Assembly (NCBI GenBank): GCA_010015585.1
Contig: ML975150.1
DNA length: 62,570 nucleotides
DNA from: Eremomyces bilateralis CBS 781.70
Lineage: Eukaryota
Reading direction: 5' to 3' (one strand)
Position numbers and translations under genes: made by a program. The first letter of the stretch is position 1, and each line of letters begins with the position of its first letter. Below the pieces are notes generated by a model. That model was not told the origin of the DNA. It did no database searches and was given only the letters and a program-made list of their open reading frames with translations. Positions 14,586-27,228 of this stretch are shown piece by piece.

Positions 14586-16022
14586 ATGTACATAACAACC
14601 CTCTTCCTCCTCGCCCTCCACTCCCTCCTCCCCCCCGCCTCTGCCGCCACCATCATCGACAACCTCAGCTTCGGCCACAAAGGCGACCTCTCCCCCGACC
14701 GCCGCTCCCTCCCCGGCTGGCGCGTCACCGGCGAAGGCCACACCCCCCCCATCCTCTCCGACCGCATCATCCTCACCCCCCCGGCCCCAGGAAACCGCCG
14801 CGGGGCCCTCTGGACCGACGCCACCAATACCCGTGCCGAGTGGACCGCCGAGGCGCACTTCCGCGCCACGGGCCCGGAGCGGGGCGGCGGGAATTTTCAG
14901 CTGTGGTACGCGCGGGACGGAGCGGCGGCAGTGGGGTTGGCAAGTTTGTATACGGTAGATAAGTTCGATGGGTTGGTGGTGGTGGTGGATCAGTATGGTG
15001 GACATGGGGGGACGGTGCGTGGGTTCTTGAACGATGGGACGAAGAGCTTCCGGGATCAGCAGAATGTGGATTCGTTGGCGTTCGGGATGTGCACGTTTCC
15101 GTATCGGAATCAGGGGGCGTTTTTGGGGTTGAAAGTCGTGCAGACGCGGGACGTGTTCGAGGTGGAGATTCATGGGAAGTCGTGCTTTAAGAGCACCCAC
15201 GTACGTCTTCCTCAGGGACTTGGCCCGTTCCAATCCGAAGTCGATATTGACGTGTGATTCAGGTCGGCCTCCCCTCCGGTAACCAATTCGGCTTCACCGC
15301 CGGATCCGCCGAGAACCCCGACTCCTTCGAAATCGCCCAATTCCTCGTCTCCGATACCCCCTCCGCCGCCCCCCCACCTAGCAACGACCGCCGCAGCGTC
15401 GAGCACGATGCCAGCAACGGCAAACCGAACGACGCCTCCAGCTGGTGGGACTGGAAAGACTCGCAGAACTCCCCCGCGTCAGCCTTCCGCACCGAGGAGC
15501 AGCGCTTCAGCGACCTCCACGACCGCCTAACCACCATCAACCACGACATGACGATCCTCTATGACGCGCTCCTCAAGCTCGAGAAGCAGATCAGCGACCA
15601 GAGCGGCCGAGTGTTCGACGAGGTGTCGAGCGTACATCGGCGAGTGGACGCACTAGAGCGGGAGGTGGGGCGGGGGAACGTAGGGAAGCTAGGGAAGATC
15701 GAGGGGATTGTGGAACGGGTGCAAAGGGAGGTGGAGGGGAAGGATTATAAGGAGATTTTGGACAAGATTCATGCGGCGTTGCATGAGAGTCATGCGACGC
15801 TGATGTATAGCTTGCCGGCGCACATGTCGCAGAGTACGTACCCTCCTGCCTACCCACGACGCATCACGACCGCCGTTTGCTAACTTGAATCCAGGCATCT
15901 CTGCAGCGTCGCCACGGATGGGCTTCTTCCTCTTCATCGTCATCGTGTTCCAGATCATGCTGGCGGCGAGCTACTTCGTGTACAAGAAGCGGAAGAACGC
16001 CATGCCGAAAAAATACCTATAA
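14586..16022 (+). CDS. L-type (legume-like) lectin cargo receptor, Emp46/Emp47/ERGIC-53-like type I membrane protein; exons 14586-15200, 15263-15833, 15895-16022
   Basis: Signal peptide MYITTLFLLALHSLLPPASA, lectin domain (ILTPPAPGNRRGALW, FDGLVVVVD, GFLNDGT), coiled coil, C-terminal TM helix and di-lysine tail KKRKNAMPKKYL*. Confidence 0.88.
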
Positions 16023-16482
16023 ATGATGGGGTTGTTCGGGACTGGTATAGCTTTTATTTGCACAGCTTTTTCTTGCACGTTTGCGGATATCATCTTCGTC
16101 TAGCCAGGTCCTACTATCGGTACGTATCTAGTATCTAACGGAACCAAAGCATGGGATGGAGTTTCAGGTGTGGATATGAGGTCGGGTGTTCTCTCGCAGG
16201 ATGGTCTCACCCAGGTCACTTTTACGTACATATATGGGTTTCCGTTCGTACCTTATGTACAAATACACGCGTGCACTTCTTAGTAACGCGAAATTTGCAT
16301 ACTTTGTTACAGCGTCATCTATGCCACGAATATCCTACAAGACACAAAAGTGCTCCAGCTTCGCCCTGCCGAAGATATTTTACCCCCTCCTCTTTCCACC
16401 CCCGGAATGAACCTACGATGCGCTCAAGCAACATGAACTACGATATTCCCACCTTTCCTCTGCTTTCTTCTTTCTTTTCCGA

Positions 16483-18223
16483 CTAGAAATGAATCGCCTT
16501 GTCATACGTCGCCATCGCCGCCTCCTTCACCGCCTCCGACAACGTCGGATGCGCATGACACGTCCTCGCCACATCCTCGCACGACGCGCCATACTCGACC
16601 GCCAACGTCCCTTCAGCAATCAGCTCGCCCGCCGCCGGCCCGACGATATGCACACCGAGGACCCGATCGGTCTCCGCATCCGCGATGAACTTGACCAAAC
16701 CCTCAGAGTCGAGGTTCGTCTTGGCGCGGCTGTTCGCGCTGAACGGGAAGGTCCCGACCTTATACTTGATCCCGGCAGCCTTGACATCCTGCTCCGCCTG
16801 GCCAACCCAGGCGACCTCCGGGTAAGTGTACATGACGGAGGGGATGGCGCCGTAGTTGACGTGGCCGTGGCCCTTGGTGATGTACTCGACAGCGGCGACA
16901 CCTTCTTCCTCGGCTTTGTGCGCAAGCATCGGGCCGAAGGTCACGTCGCCGATCACGCGGATGTGCGGGTGCTTGGTGCGGTATTCGTGGTCGATGACGA
17001 GGCGGCCGCGATCGTCGGTTTCGAGACCGATGGACTCGAGGTTGAGGCCTGAGGTGTATGGACGGCGGCCGATGGCGGTGAGGACGACATCGGCATCGAT
17101 CTGATACATGTCAATAGGGAAATAGTTTAAGGGTAGGAAATGTATGCTTACGGTCTCGGCTTTACCGCCCTTCGTTGACTCGACGTTCAGTGAAATGAGC
17201 TCGCCGGTGGTGTCTCCTGTCACAACCTTGGTGTTCAGCTTGAACTTCAGGCCTTGCTTCTGGAGGATCTTTTGGGTTTGCTTTGCGATCTCCTCGTCCA
17301 TACCCGGGCCACCAATGCGGCCCAGGAACTCGACGACGGTGACTTCAGCGCCTAACCGAGACCATACGGAGGCCTGCAGATGTTAGTTATGGCCAATCAA
17401 TCAGACGGGGGAACCCATACCATCTCGAGACCGATGATACCACCGCCAATGACCAGCATCTTCTTCGGGACCTGTTCTAAAGCAAGGGCACCGGTGCTCG
17501 TGATTACCCTCTTCTCATCCACCTGAAGCCCTGGGAACGGCGACACTTCGCTTCCGGTTGCAATGAAGATGTTTTTCGCACGCAGCAGCCGTTCTCCACC
17601 CTCCACCAAATCCGCCTTCACGGTGTGTTCGTCGACAAAAGAACCTGATCCCTTGACCCATTCAATGTTGTGTTTCTTGAAGAGGAACGCAATCCCCTTC
17701 GTCAACCCTGTCACGGACGTGTCCTTGGCTTTCATCAATTGCTGAATGTTCATCTTGACGTCGCCGACTTCGATTCCGCGGTTTTTCGTGTCATGGAGGA
17801 TCTGGTGGTACAGGTGCGTGTTGTTGAGAAGAGATTTGGACGGGATGCAGCCGACGTTCAGACATGTTCCGCCCAACGCATCGCGCTTTTCTATACATGC
17901 CACCTATGTATTGTCAGTCGTTGATTTAAGGAAGAGAAAGGAGGAGCGCCATCACCTTCAAACCCGCTTGACCGGCTTTGATGGCGGCGACATAGCCAGC
18001 CACACCTCCACCGATGATGACAAGATCTTTCTCTTCTACACCACGTCAGCAATGCTCTTCATATACCGTAGACTTCTTCATACTAACCAGCTTCACTGGC
18101 ATACCCTCTTCGGAAGTTGGCCAGGGCTCCAAAAGCTAAAGGGTTCACGATAGCGGACTTTGTGCTGGTCAACGGTCTCAACAATGGTGACCGCGCCGAT
18201 CGAGGCACTGTGATTTTGAACAT
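16483..18223 (-). CDS. LPD1: Mitochondrial dihydrolipoamide dehydrogenase (E3); exons 18223-18088, 18035-17956, 17903-17421, 17373-17152, 17100-16483
   Basis: Arg/Ser-rich presequence, [15 protein letters not shown], redox motif [33 protein letters not shown]. Confidence 0.97.
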
Positions 18224-18968
18224 GTTGCCAACTTGTACAACACCAATTGGTGCGGGAACGGATGGAGTGGTAGTGTCTATATTATAGCAATGGAGGGAGA
18301 GGCGAAAAGGATGAGACGGCTTGAAGCGGATCAACGAAAGAAACGTTGGTGGTGGCCATGTTCTTTCCGCCGCCGGCTGTTGCTCTCCCTGTTCGCTCCT
18401 TCCTTGTTCCACTGAGGATTGTATCTCATGTGGCTAGTGGCAATGGACGTGTGGCGCAGGCGGTCCAGCGGAGATTTAGTCAGCACTCAGCAGAGGTTTG
18501 GTTAGTCAGCAGCATTCAACCACTCTACTGTCTACACTACACGTCACCATAGCAGAGAACTGGAAGCAGAGGCGGCAGCAGAGATCGCCGCGCAATTAGA
18601 TACCCATCGTTATATCCGGTTTGCAAAGGCTATCAAGGGCATGTACTGTTCCTATTCATAAAATCCCGGTGCTTGACGATTGGACAATCCAGGTGAAACC
18701 CGTATTAGACACCCAGATTGGCTCTGAAGAATCCATGCCAAGAAAGTCTATGAGAGCTCCAGTCGTGCGTTGGTAGAGGGACTGACGGCATCCATAACAC
18801 TTCCGGTGACAATCCCATTTCACTAAAGTACTACATCTCCCGTGTCTTGAAACCTTCTTCTTAATTACTCATCCATCCGCTTGTGCCACTGGATTAGACT
18901 TTCGTATTGGAATGCTCCGATAGGCCCAGTCCCGAGATCTAGACTCCCCATGAGAGTGTCCCAAAGCT

Positions 18969-21530
18969 ATGGAGGGCTACGGTAGCGATGACAATGAATT
19001 CGTAGATGCGCCGGAGAAGAGAGCATCCCGTCAACTACCCGCAGACCTTCCCACATCTCTCGATGATCGACGAACCCCCGCTATTCACAGCACCGAAACC
19101 GAGATATATGATGCATGGCAAGGTACAATACCAACTCTTCGGTATCATAACTATTGTAACTAACGGATTGCGAAGGGCAATCGCAGTTCCTCACCACACC
19201 GGTCCCGGCGAAGCCGTTCAATTTCAACCTCGCTCTCGACGAGCCGGATGCCACCACGGCGCAGCATCTAGAAGACAATGAAAACAAGATGGTGGAGATG
19301 CTCGCCAACCAGGCAAGGCTGAAGTCCGACAGCGCCGGTGGCAACGAAGTCGCCATTCTAAAGGACGAGAAGCTGTCCGAGAGTGAGAGACGGGATATTC
19401 TGCAGGGGATGCTCAACATGGCGGCGTCGAACGGGGAGGCGGAGCGGGTTCGAACCTTGGTGACGGGTCCCACGAAGGAATATGTGGATGTAGATGCACC
19501 GGACCAAGAGGGGACGCCGCCGCTTATATATGCCAGCTGTTTCGGGCATCAAGAGGTTGTGGCGGCATTGCTAGATGCAGGTGCAGATGTGGACAAGCGG
19601 GATAAAAACCAGTGGACGGCGTTGATGTGGGCTCTAATCGACGCAACAAGCAAACATAAAGCGATCGCGAAACTACTGTTGGACCATGGTGCCAATCCCG
19701 ACGTTAAATCGTCCAGCGGCCGAAGCGCGCTGGATTTCATACCACCGAACGGCGACATCTCGGCGTATCTTCATGGTAGCGGCTACTCGATAGGCAGTGC
19801 CGGGATGACGGATGACTTCTACGACCGTGGACTGTCACAGGATCGTTTTGAGGAGGAACTGGCCGAGAGCGAGCTCCGGAGGCGAATGATGATGGAGAGC
19901 GCAATCAATCTGGAGGTCGATCTTGGGAACCTTGGGCTTGATGAGCAGCCGGAGGTACGTGCTCAGTCGTTGCTCTCGTCCGCCATCGTACTAACAATAG
20001 TAGACTCTCGAGGAGCTGGAAGAGGAAGGCCAGGAATTTATCTGGGATCGCTGCCTCAATGACCAGATGTTTGTCTTTCAGGAGCCGGATCTAGAACGAA
20101 TACTCGACATAATCATCACGAACATGACACCGCAACGATCACCCTCTCAAAAGCCGGTTCCAGCCAATATCCTCTTCCTCGCGGCACGATACGCTCATTA
20201 TTACGTGGGACCCGAACTCTTAGAGAAGCTCCTTGTCACAGCCATGGACAAGATCAACAACGTGGTGGAACGGCATCAATGGGATATGACGATATTGGCA
20301 TTCTGGATATCGAACGCAACTCTCCTCCTACATTACCTTCGAAAAGATGCTCAACTGGTGGAATCCACCGTGGAATTCCAAGAGCAGTTAGCCGATCTCA
20401 TCAACGAAATCTTCATTCTTATCATCCGAGATGCCGAGCGTCGCATGGACAAAGTATTGGATGCCGCCATGCTGGACCACGAAACGATCCCCGGGTTCGA
20501 AGGCGTGCATTTCCAAAACGAGTGGAAGATCTTCCGCACCAAACCGAAAATCAAAGAAGAACCGCCCGAAAAGCGCTTCCGACCTCCCTCGCCGAAACGA
20601 CGAGCCCTCCCCTCCCCTCGAAACATCACCTCGCTTCTCTCATCCACCCTTTTCGTCCTCGACCTCTACGACATCCACTCCGTCATCACCGCCCAGATCC
20701 TCTCCCAGCTCCTCTACTGGCTCGGTAGCGAGCTCTTCAACCGCGTCATGTCCAACCGCAAATATCTCGCGCGCACCAAAGCCATGCAAATCCGCATGAA
20801 CGTCTCCTCCCTCGAAGACTGGGCCCGCGCCAACAACCGCCAACCCGAGCACTACGAGCACGGATCCGTCACCGCCACGGGCGAGAACACCGTCGACGCT
20901 GCCAAGCGGCATCTCGCACCCGGGATCCAGCTCCTGCAATGGCTGCAATGCTTCTCCTCTCTCGGCGACGACCTCGAGTCACTCGTCGGCACCTTGCAGC
21001 AGCTCCCGCGCCTCAATCCGCAGCAACTCCTCCACGCGGTGTCGTACTATCGCGCCGAAGTGGGCGAGAAAGGCCTCACCAAGAGCGCGAAGGACTACCT
21101 CGGCTACCTGCACGAAGAGCACACGGAGCGGAAAGCGCTGGGGAAGAAGGCCGCCGCCGCGAGCCACGCTGACGCGCCGCCGTCCCCGCCGAAGCCGCCC
21201 GCCGACGGAGCAGACCACCCCGCCACCCCGCACAAGCGTCAACGCAGCTCAGGCGACCAAATCGGAACCCCGCGCACGCCGCTGACGCCCAGCCAGCGCA
21301 GCCTGGATGAAGCCCCAGAAAATCTCCTCCTCGACCCGACGCACATGCTCCCGTTCGCGCTGCCGAGCTCGACGGACATGCTGGTGAGCTACGGGGCGGG
21401 GTTCGGGGGGCTGGATCGGGAACGGGAGCGAAAGTATATACCAACGGTGCCGGCGGAGTTTTTGGGGAAGCTGGATGCGGAGGGGGGAGGAGGTGGGTTG
21501 GGGGGGTATGATCGGCGGTGGGAGGAGTGA
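18969..21530 (+). CDS. Ankyrin-repeat + DIL (dilute) domain protein; exons 18969-19122, 19176-19954, 20004-21530
   Basis: Ankyrin repeats (GTPPLIYASCFGHQEVVAALLDAGADVD, WTALMWA, LLLDHGANPD) followed by a DIL domain (SQLLYWLGSELFNRVM, AMQIRMNVSSLEDW); two canonical introns keep the frame. Confidence 0.88.
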
Positions 21531-22083
21531 AGGGGGTGGTGAGGATGACCTGCATTGGGTTTGGGGGATGGGAAAAGTATGCGCTCGGGTTCGAGGCATT
21601 GTGGTGTTGGGATGTAACGAAATGCATATCCTCGAAGCGAGACATAATATTCATCTGGACCAACAGTACAGTCGCTTAAAGTATTCGTCTTGTTTGCTTA
21701 CCGTATGATGTAGTTTGCCGGCAACATGAGAGTTGCCGATCCATCCATTCAATTCGCCCTAGATCGTAACATCGATATTTCTACCAAGGAGAATCTAAAC
21801 CAAATAATTCCTCTGGATCCGAGAATCGGAGTGCGCTCTCTCGGCCCGTGTAAATCGCGACATCGTATTACTCGACATGCTCACCAACCGATATTATTAC
21901 ACAGCCGACTCACAGGATAGCAACCAAGTGGGGCAGCGGGCAAGTCCGATGCCGTATTTAACAGCACGACTTCGCGCCGACGGAGCACGAAATCCTCCCA
22001 TTGCATTTCCCTTTTCCTTCTAATTGCCTCAAAAAGTTTCCGAAAGCTATTAGAAGGACTCGGTATATATCTGAAGATCAACC

Positions 22084-23240
22084 ATGGCACGCAAACGAAC
22101 TCGACCCGCCGCCAATGGCGCTGCAGCGAAGAAGGCCAAGCCATCTGGCCCGCAGCTTGTCGCGGCGGATAAGATCGACGAGACGTTCGGAGGAAACAGC
22201 ATAGGTACGTTGAACACCACCTCACTTCATTTCTATTTCTATTTATCTATCATAATCGCTAATACACACCAGACCTAATCTCCCAACCCCTCGGCTCCAA
22301 GATCCTGGCCTTCTCCGACGAATGGTTCGCCGCCGCCGCCAACCTCACCACGAAAACCGCCCCGGTGCGCAAACCCGGCGTCTTCGTGCACTCGGGCGCA
22401 TGGTACGACGGCTGGGAGACGAGGCGGCACAACCCCGCGCCGTTCGACTGGGTGATCATCCGGCTGGGCGTGGCGAGCGGGACGGTCACGGGGGTGGAGA
22501 TCGACACGGCGCATTTCGACGGGAACCACGCGCCGGAGATCGCGGTGGAGGGGTGTTTTGCGGAGGATGATGCGGTGGTGACGGGAGAGGGGTTTGAGGG
22601 GTGGGAAACGATTTTAGGGAAGCAGGAGTGTGGGCCGAATCGGCGGCAGGCGTGGGTGCTGGAGAAGGCGACGGAGAAGGCGTATACGCATGTGCGGCTG
22701 CAGATGTATCCGGACGGAGGGATCGCGCGGTTTCGGTTGTACGGGCAGGCGGTCCCGGTGTTCCCGGACGACAAGGACGTGGTGTTCGAGCTGTCGGCGG
22801 CGGTGAACGGCGGGATTGCAGTAAGTCGGTCGGACGAGCACTTCGGGGTGAAGGAGAACCTGCTGCTGCCGAACCGCGGGATCAACATGGGCGACGGATG
22901 GGAGACGAAGCGCACGCGCGGGGAGCATGTCGATTGGGTGGTGTTCCGCCTCGGCGCGCCGGGGACGATCGATCATATCGTCATCGACACGGGGCACTTC
23001 CGCGGGAACTTCCCGCAGAAGGTGCAGGTGTTCGCGATCCAGTCGGAGGGGGATCCGGACGCGGACGACGAGGGTTGGGTGGAGGTGCTTCCGCCGCAGA
23101 AGTCTGGTCCAGATGCCGAGCACCGGTATGAGAAGGACCTGCAGAATATTGACCAGGCGTATTCGCATGCCAAATTGGTCATCATCCCTGACGGCGGTGT
23201 GTCGAGATTCCGCGTCTTCGGGAGACGAAGCGTAGAGTAG
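22084..23240 (+). CDS. DAL2: Allantoicase; exons 22084-22204, 22273-23240
   Basis: Two allantoicase repeats: DGWETRRHN...IDTAHFDGN...YPDGGIARFRLYG and DGWETKRTR...IDTGHFRGNFP...IPDGGVSRFRVFG. Confidence 0.95.
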
Positions 23241-23270
23241 ATACTCTATACTTCAATCCAAACGTTCTGC

Positions 23271-24803
23271 TCACATAAACAGAGACAGTTTGCCACTCCC
23301 GTTCCCCCCCGCTACCCAATCGCGCGTCGGATGGAATTGCGCGACAGCCGGGACGGCGGTGATGCTGTCGTGGCCCAACTGTGCCAATTGCTCGCCCTTG
23401 CTGGTGTAGATATCGATGAACCGGTCCATGTTCCCAATACAGAATCGCTGAACGCCATCTTGCGGATCCGCCTGCCACTGCGCACGCAAGATCGTCACCC
23501 ATCTCCCCGTTTGATTGTTGTGCTTCACAACGGTCGTCGGCTCCATCTTTTCTTCGGACAGAGTATGACCGGCCGACCACTTTGCGCACGCTCCGAAATC
23601 GTAGATCTTCACGGTGTCGTCGTAGGATGCGGTTGCGACCTGCCCCACGGAATTGAACGACGCGTGCGAAACGCTCAGCCGATTGGCATGCTCCCCAACC
23701 AACGCAGGAAGGGACTTGCTGATCTTCCGTAAGTCCCACAATTTCATCGTGCGGTCGAGAGATGCGGTCGCCAGGAAGTGCGGCTTATTCGGATGCACGG
23801 AGAACCCGCCGATTTTCTTCTCGGAGAGCTGGTAGAGCGCGTTCGTCTCGGACATCGGGGTGCGAAGGTCGTGCATCCCGAATTCGCCGTCGAGGGTCGA
23901 GAAGTAGAGAAGGTTCGGATCGCTCTTCACTAATTGAAGCCCTGATATCGCATTCTCCACCTCCGGATCGGCGGGAGCGTATACTTCCGTCGCCACTCCT
24001 TTCACCAGATCCAGCACGCGGATCGATGAGTCGTAGGAAGCGGTATACAGATTATTGGAATCTGCCGGCCCTATTTGCATAGCACAGATGGTCCTTGTGT
24101 GGATTTTGAAGGTGGTCACGGCAATGGGAGCCTCCTCCACCTCGTCGTCGTCATCATCCTCTGCTTTGATATCGGCGGGACGCTCCTGAGCGCCGTCGAA
24201 CAGTCCCAGATTCCCCAACTTATCGCCCGCAAAAACCAGCGGCTTCTCCGGATTGGGATGAAACGTGAGCGAATACACCCGCTCCGGCGTCAGCTTAATC
24301 CGATTCGGCTCGACGTCCCCCCACAGCGTCAGCCCCATCATCCGCTCCCGCAACTCCCTCAAGCCCCCATCCGCCGTCTCTTTGACATCGTCCACCGTGA
24401 ACGTCCGCTGAAACTGCTCCGGAAAACCCCCATCCCACCCCGTCCCTCCTACATTCACATCCACCAATTTTAACTCCCCACTCACCCTCATCCGCTTCGC
24501 CCGCTCTGCCGCCCGCCTCCCGTCATCGATCTCCTCCATCTTCCGCTTCGCGGCCTCGCTATCTGCGCCGATCCCGCGAAGGCGCGATGACACGCGTCGC
24601 GGAACAACTTCCTCCTTCTCTTTCTTCGGAGCTGTCTTGCGCTTCGAGGATGACGGGGCGGTGGGTTTATTCGGACGCGACGGGCCCAGGCCGGCGGACG
24701 CAGCGTCGAGGGCGAGGGAGCGAAGGAGGGCTTGGTTTTGGGCGATTTTTTCTTGGCGCTGGCGCTCGTAGTCGCTGATGGGGGTGGTGGAGGCGCGGGC
24801 CAT
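23271..24803 (-). CDS. CMR1: DNA damage-binding WD40 protein Cmr1 (WDR76 orthologue), intronless
   Basis: ISDYERQRQEKIAQNQALL N-terminus, PRRVSSRLRG, IKLTPERVYSLTFHP, WD40 repeats, HNNQTGRWVTILRAQW. ATG at 24803 is preferred over the ORF-track start at 24911. Confidence 0.93.
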   Translation of the reverse strand: MARASTTPISDYERQRQEKIAQNQALLRSLALDAASAGLGPSRPNKPTAPSSSKRKTAPKKEKEEVVPRRVSSRLRGIGADSEAAKRKMEEIDDGRRAAERAKRMRVSGELKLVDVNVGGTGWDGGFPEQFQRTFTVDDVKETADGGLRELRERMMGLTLWGDVEPNRIKLTPERVYSLTFHPNPEKPLVFAGDKLGNLGLFDGAQERPADIKAEDDDDDEVEEAPIAVTTFKIHTRTICAMQIGPADSNNLYTASYDSSIRVLDLVKGVATEVYAPADPEVENAISGLQLVKSDPNLLYFSTLDGEFGMHDLRTPMSETNALYQLSEKKIGGFSVHPNKPHFLATASLDRTMKLWDLRKISKSLPALVGEHANRLSVSHASFNSVGQVATASYDDTVKIYDFGACAKWSAGHTLSEEKMEPTTVVKHNNQTGRWVTILRAQWQADPQDGVQRFCIGNMDRFIDIYTSKGEQLAQLGHDSITAVPAVAQFHPTRDWVAGGNGSGKLSLFM

Positions 24804-24914
24804 GATGGCGAAGGAGTGTGGTCGAATTGTAATGGTATATGGTTGTTGGGGCTGTTGAAGGAGAATTGGGACGGAAGCCAACGGTTGATGAATTATTGGC
24901 GACGACGCCACGCC

Positions 24915-24945
24915 AGACGGACGCGTTGACGCGCGCGATCACGTG
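24915..24945. promoter_or_regulatory. MCB-like (ACGCGT/CGCG) cluster upstream of CMR1
   Basis: ACGCGT at 24921-24926, ACGCGCGCG immediately after, and CACGTG, about 120 bp upstream of a DNA-damage gene start. Confidence 0.45.
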
Positions 24946-25476
24946 GTGACAAATAGAACCAAAATCGATATCACGATCTAACAAAGCCACTGTATTATTA
25001 TGCTAATATTAGATGACGGAGCAGCAAGATGATATCTCTTTACAAGCTATGGTACATACGATGCTGTCTCCCTCTATAGACCATAAATATTGATGCTCAA
25101 TCTGCACCTTCCACCACTCCGATTGCACCGTCGACTTCCTCGAACGAGCGCATCCTTATAGCATTCTTGACTCATCCTCTCATACTCTCTAGACACGGTA
25201 GCATTTGGGAGCCCCCAGACAGAGTCACTGAAGGTGCCGCGCCTCTGCAACCGCTTCTAGGCGTTTTTGTCGCTGAGTGACATGGCCAGATACCTACTCC
25301 CTTCCTCCGGATGCAGGCAACCTCCATCGTCCACGTCCTTCTCGCCCGAGGGATATTGTATTCGCCAGTCTCCCACCTTCATTCTCCGCGGCATTTCCGC
25401 CTTTGACAGATCCCACCCGTTCTTCTCTACACAGCATTCATTTCAAACCAATTAACCCATTCCAACCAATGCCCCC

Positions 25477-26351
25477 TCACCCACCCTCACCCTTCAACCC
25501 CACCACATGCCCCCCCACCCTCCCCGCCCTCTCTACCCTCCCTACCGTCTCCGTCAACCCCCCCTTCAACTCCACCAACCCCCCCGTCCCCACCTCCCAC
25601 ATCTCTGCCACCTCCTCGCCGCGCGCCGGTTCCGTCAACGCCAGCCGCTCGCCCTTCGCGTCCTCTATCATCGTCTCCTGCTGCGCGGCGAGTTGTTGGT
25701 CCTGCTGTTCGCGGCGCGCGAGGAGTTGCGTCTGGTAGGTGTGTGCGACAGGGTGGGGCCCGGTGCGCCGGAGGTCGGCGAGTTTAGTGGTGAGGGATTC
25801 TTTAGTGGATTCGAGGGCGCGGATGCGGTCGGCGAGGCGGGTGTCGAGGGGTTCGAATTCTAGGGTGGGAGCTGTGGTTAGCTTGATGTTGGGAAGGGTA
25901 TTATGTGCATTGCCTAGATAGCAATTGTAGTAGTACGCCCCGCTTCCGAGTGGTCCTCGCAGCGTCTATCGTGGTAGTGGAGGTAAAGAGAGAAGAAATG
26001 AAGGCAGAAGTACCTTCACCCTGATCCTGCGGCTTAATCCCATCCTTTTCATCCATCCCATTCACCGTAACATTCGCCCTAACTCCCTCGAACGTCGTCC
26101 GAACATACTATCCACTCACATGTCAGCTCTTCCATCCACATCCAATTCCCCGCCTATTTCTTCCTTTCGGCCCCACCTACCTCATCAATCAACCCCTCCA
26201 CCTTCTTCCTCAACTCGTCCTCCCCCTCCGGTGCCGCGCTGGGCGGCAGCGCATGGTCGATCTTCTGGCTGGCGGCGCGGCGGACGTTGGATTCGATGTA
26301 GGCGAGGTCGGCGGGGGATTGGAGGTCGATTTTGCGGAAGGTGGGGTCCAT
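25477..26351 (-). CDS. NSL1: Kinetochore MIND/Mis12 complex subunit Nsl1/Mis14; exons 26351-26181, 26107-26014, 25859-25477
   Basis: RKIDLQSPADLAYI...LPPSAAPEGEDELRKKVEGLIDEYV...NVTVNG...EFEPLDTRLADRIRAL...LADLRR matches the fungal Mis14 family pattern; canonical introns. Confidence 0.8.
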
Positions 26352-26933
26352 GGTGGATTGTATTCCGAGGTGTATAGGTTGAAATGCAAAAGGCGATGGA
26401 GAGCGGATTGCAGTTGGTTAAGTATGCTGAGGTTGTGGTGAGTTGATGGTTGATATTTGGCATTGTTTTGATGCGAACCAGAGGTGCAGGGATGATGGGC
26501 TAGTTATGCAGGGGTCCCTGTCATGTCGACAATGAGGGGTCTCTAGATGCCTTGCTGCCTTCCTGCCTTGAGATGCGGGGCGGTGCTAGGCCCGCTGGTG
26601 GCTTCAGGGCCGCATATATCGAGCACAACTCAGGGGACTCCTGCTGCACGACGCCGGGTGAATTCGGCGATCAGTATCCGGGCGATATCTATGCCACGAA
26701 ATAAGGTACCAGTATCCTAAGATGGAATATGATAAGGAATTATGACTGAAATGAGATACAGCGGCCTAGAACAGTCCGATGGCAGGCCTATATTATCTCA
26801 AAGACAACGAGTTCCGACGAAAGCTGAGTGAAGATAGAATCCATACCATGCCTCACGAGTTCAATATATTGCGGGGTACACGTCCTTTAAGCAATAAGGA
26901 GAGATATCCCACGAAGCCATGAATCTCCCCTTT

Positions 26934-26957
26934 GTATCCGTATCCGTATCCGTATCC
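26934..26957 (+). repeat. (GTATCC)4 microsatellite
   Basis: Four perfect hexamer copies read directly. Confidence 0.9.
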
Positions 26958-27228
26958 TTCTCCATCCTCATAACCCAATCCCAAAAACGCCCCGATTCCC
27001 AAACCTATAAGCCTGACTCCGTAATCCGTATAATCAAATAAACACCCCCATATCCGTATCGAGCCAATCCGACCGGCTCGGCTCGCTGACGCCGTGGCTC
27101 TGCAAAAGGAATGTCATGATTCACGTCATCCCCCCTCCTTCCTGCTCGGATGAGTCCAGAAAGTGTTCCCGCGTGTGTATGTGTTTGTGTATGTACTCGG
27201 GATGGAGTTCCATGATCGCGTGGATCCG

